DNA from: Escherichia phage ES12
Sequence record: MN508614.1
Direction: 5' to 3' (one strand)
Length of the DNA: 64,000 nt
Under the pieces are notes generated by a model, which did not search any database, was not told the origin of the DNA, and saw nothing but the letters and a program-made list of their open reading frames with translations. The position numbers were made by a program, and so were the translations under genes. Positions 28,695-38,377 of this stretch are shown here, piece by piece (the stretch's first letter is position 1; each line of letters opens with the position of its first letter).

Positions 28695-28988
28695 TTACTC
28701 ACCTACCACTTCAGCGATGATATTTTTATTATTAAAGTTTTTATCGCAATACAGAACATAATTATACTGCATTACACCACCAGACTTAAGCTGTTTTTGC
28801 ACTTCAGCTTTCATTTCAGGGCGATCGCGCTCAACGATATTCATAATATCTGCTTCAATTTGAGTTTCAACCTCGGTTTGATCAGCAGTCATAGACCATT
28901 CGCACAAATCTTTATCATAACCTGCCATAGCAGGCTGAGCAGCACAAGAAGCTAAAGCAAAAATTGTGGCAAAGATAAATTTTTTCAT
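28695..28988 (-). CDS. sp: Spackle-like periplasmic protein (superinfection exclusion)
   Basis: 97 aa with cleavable signal peptide MKKFIFATIFALASCAAQPAMAGYD; length and locus match T4 sp. Confidence 0.6.
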   Translation of the reverse strand: MKKFIFATIFALASCAAQPAMAGYDKDLCEWSMTADQTEVETQIEADIMNIVERDRPEMKAEVQKQLKSGGVMQYNYVLYCDKNFNNKNIIAEVVGE

Positions 28989-29048
28989 GATAATCTCCTC
29001 GGTAGTTTATGTTTATATAGTATCTCAATTTCCAACAAAAGTAAATAG

Positions 29049-29306
29049 TTATTTTAAAACTTCTGCGTAATCACATGTTACAAACTGTTTCTCTAGCTTG
29101 ACGATTTTACGAAAGTATCTTTTGCATTGGCGAATCTGCCTCTTCGTAGGACGTACAGCAAACTTAATAAATTCCACTCGACCAAATGGAGGACTTTCTT
29201 CTGCTGGAATATCTAACACCAATTCCCATGTATCTGCAATAAGTGCTTTGAATTGCGTATTTTTCCTGACGTTATACGGAGTAGGTTTAAATAAAACAAT
29301 ATGCAT
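29049..29306 (-). CDS. Basic 85-aa protein (61.4 position; possible TifA-like anti-toxin factor)
   Basis: Start placed at the internal ATG 2 nt after the dmd stop; Lys/Arg-rich; the track ORF is 99 aa from an upstream start. Confidence 0.5.
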   Translation of the reverse strand: MHIVLFKPTPYNVRKNTQFKALIADTWELVLDIPAEESPPFGRVEFIKFAVRPTKRQIRQCKRYFRKIVKLEKQFVTCDYAEVLK

Positions 29307-29307
29307 A

Positions 29308-29490
29308 TTATCCTCGGCAATCCACTTCACATACTTTCTTGTCATCAATGAAAGCTTTAACTAGTGCTTTATTAACTTCAGCATATTGAGTAGTAGCCCA
29401 TTGAACGTCATCTTTCATCATTGTGATCTCTTTAGTAAACATGCTTTCATTCTTAAACCACCCCATAAAAACTACCTTTACCAATTCCAT
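29308..29490 (-). CDS. dmd: Dmd, inhibitor of host RnlA/LsoA toxins
   Basis: 60 aa, MELVKVVFMGWFKNESMFTKEI... matches remembered T4 Dmd, immediately upstream of gene 41. Confidence 0.8.
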   Translation of the reverse strand: MELVKVVFMGWFKNESMFTKEITMMKDDVQWATTQYAEVNKALVKAFIDDKKVCEVDCRG

Positions 29491-29548
29491 AACAATCTCC
29501 TCATTTAACCAACAAGACTACTATACCATAGTCTTGTCAGCTTGTAAA

Positions 29549-30976
29549 CTAAAATTTTAATTCATTTGCCAAAGCATCTAACTGAGCTCGAGTCGATTCG
29601 TTTCTTTGATAGCGATTCTGCTCAGCTTGTATCTGTTGTGAACCTGCTACCTCACTCACTTCAGTTGGAGTAGAATCTTGTTCAATTTCTACCCATTTCT
29701 GATTTCCTTTTTGAACACCCATCAAAAACTTATTCCATTTGTTCTTATCGCCATATCGTGATTTGATTTGCTTAATGAGTTGCTGTTCAGCAGCTGCTAA
29801 CTCCTCGGTTTCAATGACCGCAAGCATAAAATCGGCTGTTGCTGGAAGACCGGCAGATTCTGCGATATCACTCATGTTAACATCAGAAGAATCCCAAGCT
29901 TGTTTACCAACCTGTGCTGCGGTCCAAAGAACAGTTTCGGTTTCAACAGCCAGAGCACGCAATTCCTCTGCGATAGCTTTAACAGTTGTGTAACTATTTT
30001 CTGAATAAACTCTAATGCGGCAAGATTTACAAATACCCAGATAGTCAACAATAATGATTGTTGGAACAAAATTCTTCTTGAGCTTTAATTCATTTAAAAG
30101 TGATCGAAATGTATTAGCGTCTGCTCCACCAGTAGGATACTGTTTAACGATTAAACGACCAAGAGTAGATTTCTCACGCCATTTTTCCATTTTTCCTTTA
30201 TACTCAGCGTAAGAAATATGCCCATCATCAATGTCATCAAGAGAAACATCAAGCATATTAGCATCAATACGCTTAGCACAGACTTCTTCTGCCATTTCCA
30301 TGGAAATGTAAAGAACATTATGTCCGAGCTGCAAATAATCTGCTGCCAATGAACACAGACCTAATGACTTACCAACGTTAACGCCAGCCATTAAAACGTT
30401 CAGTGTTCCTGTCTCAGCTCCGCCTTTAGTAATTTTGTTTAGAATTCTGAGTTTAAATGGAACTTTACGAGCTTTATTCATATAAGATAGCCAGCGTGCT
30501 TCGTAGTCATCCATCCAATCATGACCAACGTAGCTATCAAATGAAATTGATAATGCTTGACGCATGATATCAGGAATAGCACCTACATCTGGCATTTTCT
30601 TATTTCGTTTTTCCGGAGGAAGTTCAGCATTAGTTTGGATTTCAATTATTTTAGACGTAGCATTAAACATCGCCCTTTGCTGAACATATTTTTCTGTTTC
30701 TTTTACTAACCAACTGTGGTCTTCCGGAGAATCAGCCAGTTTTGAAATAAGTGTTTTTACACCAGAATATTCTGTTTCAGTAAATGAACTATTTTCTAAT
30801 GCAACATTTAACGCATTAATAGATGGAACGCTATGATACTCATTAACATGAGATTTAATTAATTTGAATGTATTTTTAGCTGGACCACTTTCAAAATATT
30901 CTGAATCCATATATGGCCAAACTTTTGAAAAATAAGCTTGATCAAATATAAGATGAGAAAGAATAATTTCTACCAC
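29549..30976 (-). CDS. 41: Replicative helicase gp41 (DnaB-like)
   Basis: 475 aa; length and position match T4 gp41. Confidence 0.97.
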   Translation of the reverse strand: MVEIILSHLIFDQAYFSKVWPYMDSEYFESGPAKNTFKLIKSHVNEYHSVPSINALNVALENSSFTETEYSGVKTLISKLADSPEDHSWLVKETEKYVQQRAMFNATSKIIEIQTNAELPPEKRNKKMPDVGAIPDIMRQALSISFDSYVGHDWMDDYEARWLSYMNKARKVPFKLRILNKITKGGAETGTLNVLMAGVNVGKSLGLCSLAADYLQLGHNVLYISMEMAEEVCAKRIDANMLDVSLDDIDDGHISYAEYKGKMEKWREKSTLGRLIVKQYPTGGADANTFRSLLNELKLKKNFVPTIIIVDYLGICKSCRIRVYSENSYTTVKAIAEELRALAVETETVLWTAAQVGKQAWDSSDVNMSDIAESAGLPATADFMLAVIETEELAAAEQQLIKQIKSRYGDKNKWNKFLMGVQKGNQKWVEIEQDSTPTEVSEVAGSQQIQAEQNRYQRNESTRAQLDALANELKF

Positions 30977-30985
30977 ACTTACTCC

Positions 30986-31342
30986 TTAAAAGAATTTAAA
31001 CTTTTTCTTTGACCTTTTATTAAATGCATCTTGTAGTTGCATTGTAATACATTTTTCTACATGAGGAGCTAACTCAGCTTTTCTTTCTTGGTCAAGAACA
31101 GCAAAGTCCATTACGACTTTTCCATCAACCCAATCTAATTTTGTCACATACACAATGTGTGTAGAACCATCTTCTAGTTTAATGACAATCTCCTGGATAA
31201 CATTTTCCATAGCGGATTTAATTATCTTAAGAGACTTATTAAAAAGACGTTCTTTTCTTTCTTCTTCCCCCTCCGAAGAGGGGGATTCATCGATAATTTC
31301 TAAATCTAAATCATCTTTACTCATTAAATTCTTCCATATCAC
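30986..31342 (-). CDS. 40: Hypothetical protein, 118 aa (gene 40 position)
   Basis: Sits between uvsX and 41 where T4 gene 40 lies; assignment by position only. Confidence 0.5.
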   Translation of the reverse strand: MIWKNLMSKDDLDLEIIDESPSSEGEEERKERLFNKSLKIIKSAMENVIQEIVIKLEDGSTHIVYVTKLDWVDGKVVMDFAVLDQERKAELAPHVEKCITMQLQDAFNKRSKKKFKFF

Positions 31343-32498
31343 TTAACTGCTCGAGGTCAGTTTCTAAATCAGCTGCTGATTTACTTTTACTTTCTGGAGA
31401 TTTAAATTTTTCAACCTTTGAGTTAATCAATTCATCAACTTCAGCTTCAACAATTTCATTACTATCAATAGCACCTAACTGATAAGCACGTTTAATAGCA
31501 TCTCGGAATGGTTGATGCTTAAATAAAGGACCCCAGAATGTAGTGCAGTTGGTATCTTTTGCACGCCAAGATTTTTCTTCGCGAATCATCTCGCCGGTTT
31601 CTTCATCAAGAAATTCACGAGCATACCAACCATTTTTAGGTTTTACTACAAATCCTAATTCTAGAGCCATATCTAACAATCCAGAATAAGGATCAATACC
31701 ACCGTCAAATTTAACATCAATAAAGAATTTACTTTTTTCTTTAACGGTACGAGATTTTTCTACATTTAGAACAAATTGATACCCCTGAAGATCAGAACCA
31801 TCTTTAATCTGACGCTTACCGATAATGAATACAGTATCAGCCGAATACATTACGCCTGTACCACCTGTCATCACGGTTTTACTAAACATTTCAATTGTTT
31901 CAATTGTATGGTTAACCGCAACACATGGAATATTTTTAATGCTAAAGTAAGGAGTAACAATACGGAATAATGACTTCAGTGATTTAGCACGAGTCATATC
32001 TGCCACAGATTTTTCATTCAAGGCATCTTCCGTTTCTTTCTTAGAAGCCATATTACCGATTGAGTCGATGAATACAATAACTTTTTCACCACGCTCAATA
32101 GCTTCAAGCTGATTCACCATATCAATTTTCAGCTGTTCAACTGACTGGATTGGCGTATGAATTACTCGTTCCGGGTCAACTCCCATGGATCGCAAATAAG
32201 CTGGAGTAATACCAAATTCACTATCATAGAATAGACAAACCGCGTCAGGATATTTGTTCAAATATGCCGCAACCATAGTCAAAGACATATTTGATTTAAA
32301 GTGTTTAGAAGGCCCTGCGAAAATAGTTAAACCAGACTGCATACCGCCATCAATCGCACCAGAAATAGCAATATTCAGCATTGGAATTTTTGTACGGATT
32401 ACATCCTTTTCATTAAAGAATTTAGATGTAGTCAGTTCAGCAGTCATTTTAGAAGTGGAAGCTTTAATCAAACGGGATTTTAAATCTGCAATAGACAT
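31317..32498 (-). CDS. uvsX: UvsX recombinase (RecA-like)
   Basis: 393 aa, Walker A GPSKHFKS, acidic C-terminal tail; near-identical to remembered T4 UvsX. Confidence 0.97.
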   Translation of the reverse strand: MSIADLKSRLIKASTSKMTAELTTSKFFNEKDVIRTKIPMLNIAISGAIDGGMQSGLTIFAGPSKHFKSNMSLTMVAAYLNKYPDAVCLFYDSEFGITPAYLRSMGVDPERVIHTPIQSVEQLKIDMVNQLEAIERGEKVIVFIDSIGNMASKKETEDALNEKSVADMTRAKSLKSLFRIVTPYFSIKNIPCVAVNHTIETIEMFSKTVMTGGTGVMYSADTVFIIGKRQIKDGSDLQGYQFVLNVEKSRTVKEKSKFFIDVKFDGGIDPYSGLLDMALELGFVVKPKNGWYAREFLDEETGEMIREEKSWRAKDTNCTTFWGPLFKHQPFRDAIKRAYQLGAIDSNEIVEAEVDELINSKVEKFKSPESKSKSAADLETDLEQLSDMEEFNE

Positions 32499-32575
32499 TC
32501 ATTTTTTCCATAGGCATCATTATATTTTCCTCACTGGTTAAAGATAGAGTAATTATAACACAATAAATTTAGGCA

Positions 32576-33424
32576 TTAATCAACTGCTATTGGATGAATA
32601 GCATTAAACTTATGAAATGCTTCTGATTTTTCTTTACGTGAAACGCACATGCGAAGAACCTTTAATGGCTCGTCTTCTTCACCCAACGATTTTCGTTTTT
32701 CAATATTCGACGTTTTCCAACGAGCTTGCTCTGGAAACTCTCTATTGATTTGCTCAAGCGCTCTATTATGTTTAGAATTACTACGAATTGAACTACACCC
32801 ACCAGGAGCTTGCGCTTTTCCAGATACAACCAGATATTTGAACAAGGCCAAATGCGGATAACCTTGATTAATTAAATTGAGAAATGCATACATATCTTCG
32901 CACAAATCAATTTTTCCATACCCAATTTGTTCTGTCGTAAGTTTTCCGAGGTCATACCATGTATTCGTGAATCCATATGAATTTTCACGATAATTACCCC
33001 AAGATGAAGTAATTTTAAAAATTGGTAGACGAGCATGGCCATGATAATACCCGCAATCCATGGCATCCTCAACATATTGAATCAATTCATAGAACTGTTC
33101 ACGAGTCAATTGATTGACTTTATCTACACAACGACGGTCATCTCTTTTTCGCATTGAACTCATACGAATAGTAGTATCATCGTCAATCATCCAGATTCGT
33201 TGACCTGCATACATATCAGTAATTGCTTTACGAGTACCGGCAATTCCGTTTACATCATCAGGAATAGTTATAATTTTAGCTCTAGACCCATAGGCATCAT
33301 AATAAGCTTTTTCTTCATGTTCACGCACTATAATATGCGGTTCATAATCAGTCGGAAACATATCAAGGGCAGAAACTGCCCCTACACGCTGATAACTTGG
33401 AATTACGAATTGAATCATTTCCAC
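32576..33424 (-). CDS. DxD-motif glycosyltransferase at the beta-gt locus (candidate beta-glucosyl-HMC-alpha-glucosyltransferase)
   Basis: 282 aa with IWMIDDDTT; occupies the uvsX-42 interval where T4 has the 351-aa beta-gt. Confidence 0.6.
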   Translation of the reverse strand: MEMIQFVIPSYQRVGAVSALDMFPTDYEPHIIVREHEEKAYYDAYGSRAKIITIPDDVNGIAGTRKAITDMYAGQRIWMIDDDTTIRMSSMRKRDDRRCVDKVNQLTREQFYELIQYVEDAMDCGYYHGHARLPIFKITSSWGNYRENSYGFTNTWYDLGKLTTEQIGYGKIDLCEDMYAFLNLINQGYPHLALFKYLVVSGKAQAPGGCSSIRSNSKHNRALEQINREFPEQARWKTSNIEKRKSLGEEDEPLKVLRMCVSRKEKSEAFHKFNAIHPIAVD

Positions 33425-34155
33425 TCACCATTATAATCTTTTTTCACAATATGAGTTTCGCCAGTATTCCACCAATGATCAACCAAGTAAAAATGACGAG
33501 AATATACATGAAGACTTCCAACATTCCATATAATAGAACCTGCTTTATATTGACGAGTTGAATCGCCTGCATTCAAATCAGATACTAATTTATCTAATAC
33601 GTATTTTTGCCATGCATAATCATTACGGAATCCGAAGACCACATCATTTGAGCGCATGTTAACAACCGCATTGATTTTCTTGTCACGAATCAGGTATTGT
33701 ACTGTATTTGTACACATGAAATCTGACATGCCATCTTTATTGTAGTCAAACTGCATAGATGGACGAGTATAAATCATGATACCACGTCGAGAATCAGGAT
33801 TTTGACCAAGTTCAGCTAAACACATGTCATATTGAGCATAGTTATCTTCTGACCAGATAGCCCAACCATAATTCGAGTTAATTTCACCTTTAGAAGATGC
33901 TACTTGTTGCCAAATCTTCGGTGTTTCACCCGGAATATCTTTAACGAACAAGCTTTTAGATTTATACCATTCAAGTTCACGCTGAATGTATTCATCATTA
34001 AGAGCGCCAAAAATAAACGGTTCATCTGCTACAAATGATGCGCCAATAATTTCAATAGTTTTAACACCAGTTTTATCAACTACGAAATCTTTTTCTTTTA
34101 ATGCAAGCCCCAAATGAAGACGGATTTCTTCAACTGTCATAGAGTCACTAATCAT
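33415..34155 (-). CDS. 42: dCMP hydroxymethylase gp42
   Basis: 246 aa, thymidylate-synthase-like fold; length matches T4 gp42. Confidence 0.95.
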   Translation of the reverse strand: MISDSMTVEEIRLHLGLALKEKDFVVDKTGVKTIEIIGASFVADEPFIFGALNDEYIQRELEWYKSKSLFVKDIPGETPKIWQQVASSKGEINSNYGWAIWSEDNYAQYDMCLAELGQNPDSRRGIMIYTRPSMQFDYNKDGMSDFMCTNTVQYLIRDKKINAVVNMRSNDVVFGFRNDYAWQKYVLDKLVSDLNAGDSTRQYKAGSIIWNVGSLHVYSRHFYLVDHWWNTGETHIVKKDYNGEWK

Positions 34156-34162
34156 TTAAACC

Positions 34163-34312
34163 TCAATTGATACATTCATATTTAACTTGTAACAGTAATA
34201 AACCCCAACCTAAAATAATAGTTGGAATCATAAGAGGAACCGTTACACTATAGTATATACTTATTATAATCATCAAGATTAAAAGCAACACTGTTATAAT
34301 TTTGCTTTTCAT
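34163..34312 (-). CDS. Membrane microprotein, 49 aa
   Basis: Own translation: MKSKIITVLLLILMIIISIYYSVTVPLMIPTIILGWGLLLLQVKYECIN; its ATG overlaps the imm stop. Confidence 0.35.
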   Translation of the reverse strand: MKSKIITVLLLILMIIISIYYSVTVPLMIPTIILGWGLLLLQVKYECIN

Positions 34313-34560
34313 TCCTTCTCTCTGATGATAATTACCTGATTTGGCTGCGCAAACTTTTTAGTTTCACCTGCAATTGACCAAATAAATGTAATAAACCAAC
34401 CAATAATTGACCAGTTAAACAGTAAAGACGTGAAAAAGATTCCTACTGTCGATTTTGACCCACGCATCAAGGCGATAAACCATGGAAGCATGTATATAAT
34501 AATAGCCAACACGCCTGAAACTAAAACCATAAAAATTGAACCTGCTACTAAAGTTTCCAT
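34309..34560 (-). CDS. imm: Imm, superinfection immunity membrane protein
   Basis: 83 aa, two TM helices; length and position match T4 Imm. Confidence 0.9.
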   Translation of the reverse strand: METLVAGSIFMVLVSGVLAIIIYMLPWFIALMRGSKSTVGIFFTSLLFNWSIIGWFITFIWSIAGETKKFAQPNQVIIIREKE

Positions 34561-34567
34561 GTTTTCC

Positions 34568-34948
34568 TCACTTAGTCAAATTTTTTACGCATGAATTATA
34601 AGAATTCACTACATACTCCATCGGAGCATTTTTACCAGTACGCCATTGGTAATTATTAGCCCAATTAGCCCAAATTTCGGCGCAGTAGTTTTCAATTTTT
34701 TCTTCGCGTGTAATTACATCAGAATTACGATATGCTTGAGCAGATTCATCTGGACGAATAGCTTCGTCAAAATTCGCCTGCATTTGTTCGACTGTTTGCT
34801 TTGGAGCTTCTTTATAACACTTGACATTAGGATTATAAAATTTGCTTGAACAGTTTACAATTTTTCCTACATCAGACTGATTTACTACCGGTCCTTGAGC
34901 TACACAACCAGTAAGACCTAATGCAATAACCAAAATAGCGATTTTCAT
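34568..34948 (-). CDS. Lipoprotein, 126 aa (imm.1 position)
   Basis: Signal peptide with lipobox LTGC (MKIAILVIALGLTGCVAQ). Confidence 0.6.
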   Translation of the reverse strand: MKIAILVIALGLTGCVAQGPVVNQSDVGKIVNCSSKFYNPNVKCYKEAPKQTVEQMQANFDEAIRPDESAQAYRNSDVITREEKIENYCAEIWANWANNYQWRTGKNAPMEYVVNSYNSCVKNLTK

Positions 34949-34958
34949 AATAATTTCC

Positions 34959-35195
34959 TCAAATGCAAGTAGTAATTACTCCAGTAGTGCTTATGCAGGT
35001 ATTACCCATTTGCACACCTAAAGATCCATTTGTATTCACATGAAGATTATCATCAATTTTAACTGATATTTTACCATTAGTGTGAATAACGGTGCTAGAT
35101 TCAATCACAGGTTGAGTATCATTTTCAACACTAACAAATGGAACTGCTGCTAATGCAACTAAACAAACTGCTAAGCATCCCATAACAATTTTCAT
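34959..35195 (-). CDS. Secreted small protein, 78 aa
   Basis: Start at MKIVMGCLAVCLVALAAVPF (signal peptide) after an early-promoter leader; the track ORF reads through the promoter. Confidence 0.55.
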   Translation of the reverse strand: MKIVMGCLAVCLVALAAVPFVSVENDTQPVIESSTVIHTNGKISVKIDDNLHVNTNGSLGVQMGNTCISTTGVITTCI

Positions 35196-35227
35196 TTCAT
35201 TCTCCAAATCCGTATCAGTAGTTGATA

Positions 35228-35290
35228 GTTGTATAGTACCATAGAAGAACAGGGATGTAAACCGTTTTGTGAAAAAATTTTTAATGAATT
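35228..35290 (-). promoter_or_regulatory. Early promoter cassette
   Basis: Minus-strand GTTTAC-(18)-TGgTACTAT, AT-rich UP, conserved leader. Confidence 0.5.
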
Positions 35291-35348
35291 CTAGAGGTCC
35301 AGAATCATCTATTTTTCCTAAGTATAGATTTATATTACTTGTATGAAA

Positions 35349-35368
35349 AAGGGACCCGGAGGTCCCTA
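35349..35368 (-). terminator. Rho-independent terminator downstream of gene 43
   Basis: Minus-strand RNA GGGACC-UCCG-GGUCCC followed by UUUUUCAU. Confidence 0.55.
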
Positions 35369-35379
35369 GATTTATTCTA

Positions 35380-38076
35380 TCAGCCAAACAGGAAGTCTAA
35401 CGAAGCTTTTTCTTCATAGTCCATACCTGCCGATTCACACATACCAGCAAGCGGTTTAACAAACGATTTTTGGAACAAAGTTGAGTAGTCAATCCAAGAC
35501 AGTACATCAGAACGAATTTCTTTTGGAAGTTCTGTACCCGACGGCCAAGCAATGCACTTATCACCAAATGGATTTCCTTCACGCAATGGAAGAACCATTA
35601 CCTTATTTCCATCCAAAATTGGAGCTACACCTAAACCGCTAACAGCTCGACGATAAGTTAGCACACCACGAATATGGAACGGACATTTAAATCCTGGCCA
35701 ACCTTTATCATCATATTTCGCTATATCGTTCGCAGTTTTTACTTCAGCAATAACTTTATAGTCAAGTTGACGATATTCTTTCTCGAAGTTCTTGTAATAT
35801 TCTTGGACAGACTCTTCACCTTCCTGAAGAATACGACGAATACTTTCTTCGAGAGCTTCTTGGACCGCTTTAGGCGTTGAACTCTGCTGAGTTTCCATAC
35901 CCATGATTTTTAGATGCGGTTCAGCAAATCGCTTATCTTCCATATCATAAACGTTCAGAGCATAACGCTTTTTCGCTTTCCAAAATCCACCAACGCCCTT
36001 TGAACCAAGTGGAGGGCAAGAAATAGCTTCACGGTCCATATGCATCAGATGCTCGCGGTTATTCATATAATCACATAACTCACGATATGCAACATCAATC
36101 ATAGGTTCCATCTTTTTCTTACCGAACTGATTCATGAATTCAACTAAATCGTTCTGCTCTTTGAATCGGTCAAGACCAACTTTTTCAATAACTTTATCTA
36201 CACAAACATATACCGAATCAGTATCACCTGCTGCGATGAAATCTTCGCCATTAGTTCCACATACTTTATTCAGATACTCATTAATTTTACGAGCAATCCA
36301 CTGAATACCGACTTGACCAAAAATTGTAATAGCAGTAGCATTTCGCAAATCATAGTAACGGAAATGAATATTACCAAGAGCACCATAAAGACTGTTAATA
36401 AGAATTTTACGGTTCAGCTGATTTGTGTTAGCAAGTGTAGCTGCTTTTTCACATTCTTCGATCAGACTATTAAGAACAGATTCAGTATAATTCGATAGTT
36501 CATTTAAGAAATCATCACTGAACTTAACATATCGTTCAACTTCTGGTTTAGTTGAACAAGACCCTGCGCCTTTCATAATAATCTTTTTAATAGCTTCGGC
36601 ATTCATTTCTTCAGCGAACATTTTCTTTTTCCAGTCTTTACGCTGGAAAAATACTTTAGCGATTTCCTTTGGAATGATACCTTCTTGATGCTTATCATAC
36701 ATCCATCCATTCGGAGAACAAGAATATTCATCACTCGGTTTAGGAGCTGTTCCTGCGATATATTCATGAATTGGATGAACTTTAAATTGTCCACGAATAG
36801 TTTCAGGACTAATGTTAACCTGACGAATAATGCTCGGATACAGAGACGTCAAGTCAAAACTCATAATATATCGACGAGCAATTGGTTTAGGTTCAAATAC
36901 AAATGCACCCGGAAAACTTTGTTTAACGTGCGAACCTTGTTGAGGAATAACCTTATGTTCACCTTTCAATGAGTTAAAAATAATAGCATCCCAAGTTTTA
37001 ATAGGACTCATTACACCAGAAAAAGGCATTTTAGCATAATAAGACATACTTAAAACTAGATCGATAAACCCGCGAATTTTATCAATTGCTTGAACTGATT
37101 CTACGTCAATGATGTTATAACTAATGTATCGTTGATGATTAGTCTCACGGAGTTTATTAATAGGACCGTCGTATGGTAATTTACCTTTTTTGGTTTCATG
37201 TTGAGCAACTGATTCCAAAGAGAATGACGGCAAATTAGTAAAAGCGAATTTCTTGTACAAATCTAAATAATCAAGAATAGATACGCCATCAATAGAATAA
37301 ATTTCTTTGCTACCGTACATATTTTGAATTAGTTTAGATTTTACCCGACCGATTGGAGAGAAACGTTTCATACTACGTTCACCTAGAATCATTTTAACGC
37401 GATTCATGATATACGGAACGTCAAATCCCTCAATATTCCAACCAGTAAAAATAGCAGGTCGTTTCTGTTCCCAGAGATTGATATATTCCATGAGCATATC
37501 ACGCTCATTATCGAATGGCATATAAATTACTCGGTCAAGAATTTCTTGAGGAACTTCATCACCACCTTCACAGTCAAGCTTAGCAGCTAACTTTGCATCC
37601 CATTTTGATACTGAACCGTACATTGAATTCAAAAGGTCGAAAACATAAAAACGATCATCAATTGAATCGTAATGAGTGATAGCATCAATTTCATATTCAG
37701 CTTTCATTGGGTCAGGAAATTTATCACCAGTAACCTCAATGTCACAGTTAGCTACACGAACAAATTTTCGGTCATAAACAATTTCTGAACCGTATGTATC
37801 ACTGATATAAGCGAGTTTAAAATCGTTCATACCGAGAGCTTCGAGACCGATGTCTTCCATTCGTTTCATCCAATCTCGAGCATCTTTCATTGATGGAAAT
37901 TTTTGAGGAGCACAATTTTTACCATAGATGTCTTTGTACTTTGACTCTTCCTTACAATGCCTAAACATAGTCGGAAGATATTCTACTTCACGAGTACGTT
38001 CCTTTCCGTTTTCATCAATATAACGTTCAACAATGTTATTTCCGACTGTTTCAATAGAGATATAAAATTCTTTCAT
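35380..38076 (-). CDS. 43: DNA polymerase gp43 (family B)
   Basis: 898 aa; length and N-terminus MKEFYISIETVGNNIVERYID match T4 gp43. Confidence 0.97.
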   Translation of the reverse strand: MKEFYISIETVGNNIVERYIDENGKERTREVEYLPTMFRHCKEESKYKDIYGKNCAPQKFPSMKDARDWMKRMEDIGLEALGMNDFKLAYISDTYGSEIVYDRKFVRVANCDIEVTGDKFPDPMKAEYEIDAITHYDSIDDRFYVFDLLNSMYGSVSKWDAKLAAKLDCEGGDEVPQEILDRVIYMPFDNERDMLMEYINLWEQKRPAIFTGWNIEGFDVPYIMNRVKMILGERSMKRFSPIGRVKSKLIQNMYGSKEIYSIDGVSILDYLDLYKKFAFTNLPSFSLESVAQHETKKGKLPYDGPINKLRETNHQRYISYNIIDVESVQAIDKIRGFIDLVLSMSYYAKMPFSGVMSPIKTWDAIIFNSLKGEHKVIPQQGSHVKQSFPGAFVFEPKPIARRYIMSFDLTSLYPSIIRQVNISPETIRGQFKVHPIHEYIAGTAPKPSDEYSCSPNGWMYDKHQEGIIPKEIAKVFFQRKDWKKKMFAEEMNAEAIKKIIMKGAGSCSTKPEVERYVKFSDDFLNELSNYTESVLNSLIEECEKAATLANTNQLNRKILINSLYGALGNIHFRYYDLRNATAITIFGQVGIQWIARKINEYLNKVCGTNGEDFIAAGDTDSVYVCVDKVIEKVGLDRFKEQNDLVEFMNQFGKKKMEPMIDVAYRELCDYMNNREHLMHMDREAISCPPLGSKGVGGFWKAKKRYALNVYDMEDKRFAEPHLKIMGMETQQSSTPKAVQEALEESIRRILQEGEESVQEYYKNFEKEYRQLDYKVIAEVKTANDIAKYDDKGWPGFKCPFHIRGVLTYRRAVSGLGVAPILDGNKVMVLPLREGNPFGDKCIAWPSGTELPKEIRSDVLSWIDYSTLFQKSFVKPLAGMCESAGMDYEEKASLDFLFG

Positions 38077-38118
38077 AGATATTCCTTAGTTTATAGCCCG
38101 AGTTATTAGGCTCTTGAT
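38077..38118 (-). promoter_or_regulatory. Gene 43 translational operator (autoregulatory RNA hairpin plus SD)
   Basis: Minus-strand RNA CAAGAGCC-UAAUAACU-CGGGCUAUAAACUAAGGAAUAUCUAUG matches the remembered T4 gp43 operator hairpin. Confidence 0.6.
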
Positions 38119-38127
38119 ATATTATAC

Positions 38128-38150
38128 TCCAAATAAGGGGCCGAAGCCCC
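38128..38150 (-). other. C(UUCG)G hairpin upstream of gene 43
   Basis: Minus-strand RNA AAGGGGC-UUCG-GCCCCUU followed by AUUUGGAGUAUAAU. Confidence 0.4.
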
Positions 38151-38154
38151 TTGC

Positions 38155-38376
38155 TTAAATTAGTACTATTTGCCGGGTGAAAATTATCATTCCATCTGCA
38201 TTAATTGACTTAACGACTGCAGTAAAATGTTTTTGTTCTGGGTGAACTAATTTTTGAAATTCTACCTGAAATTTTAATTGGAGGTTTTCTGGTAAATCAA
38301 AAAGTGTTTCTGTTGCAGAAAGATTATATTTTTCTTTAAGAGACGCCATGTATTCTTGTGGAGTTATAGCAGTCAT
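38155..38376 (-). CDS. Hypothetical protein, 73 aa, between regA and gene 43
   Basis: Start at the ATG 2 nt after the regA stop (MTAITPQEYMASLKEKY...); the track ORF extends 14 codons into regA. Confidence 0.45.
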   Translation of the reverse strand: MTAITPQEYMASLKEKYNLSATETLFDLPENLQLKFQVEFQKLVHPEQKHFTAVVKSINADGMIIFTRQIVLI

Positions 38377-38377
38377 A

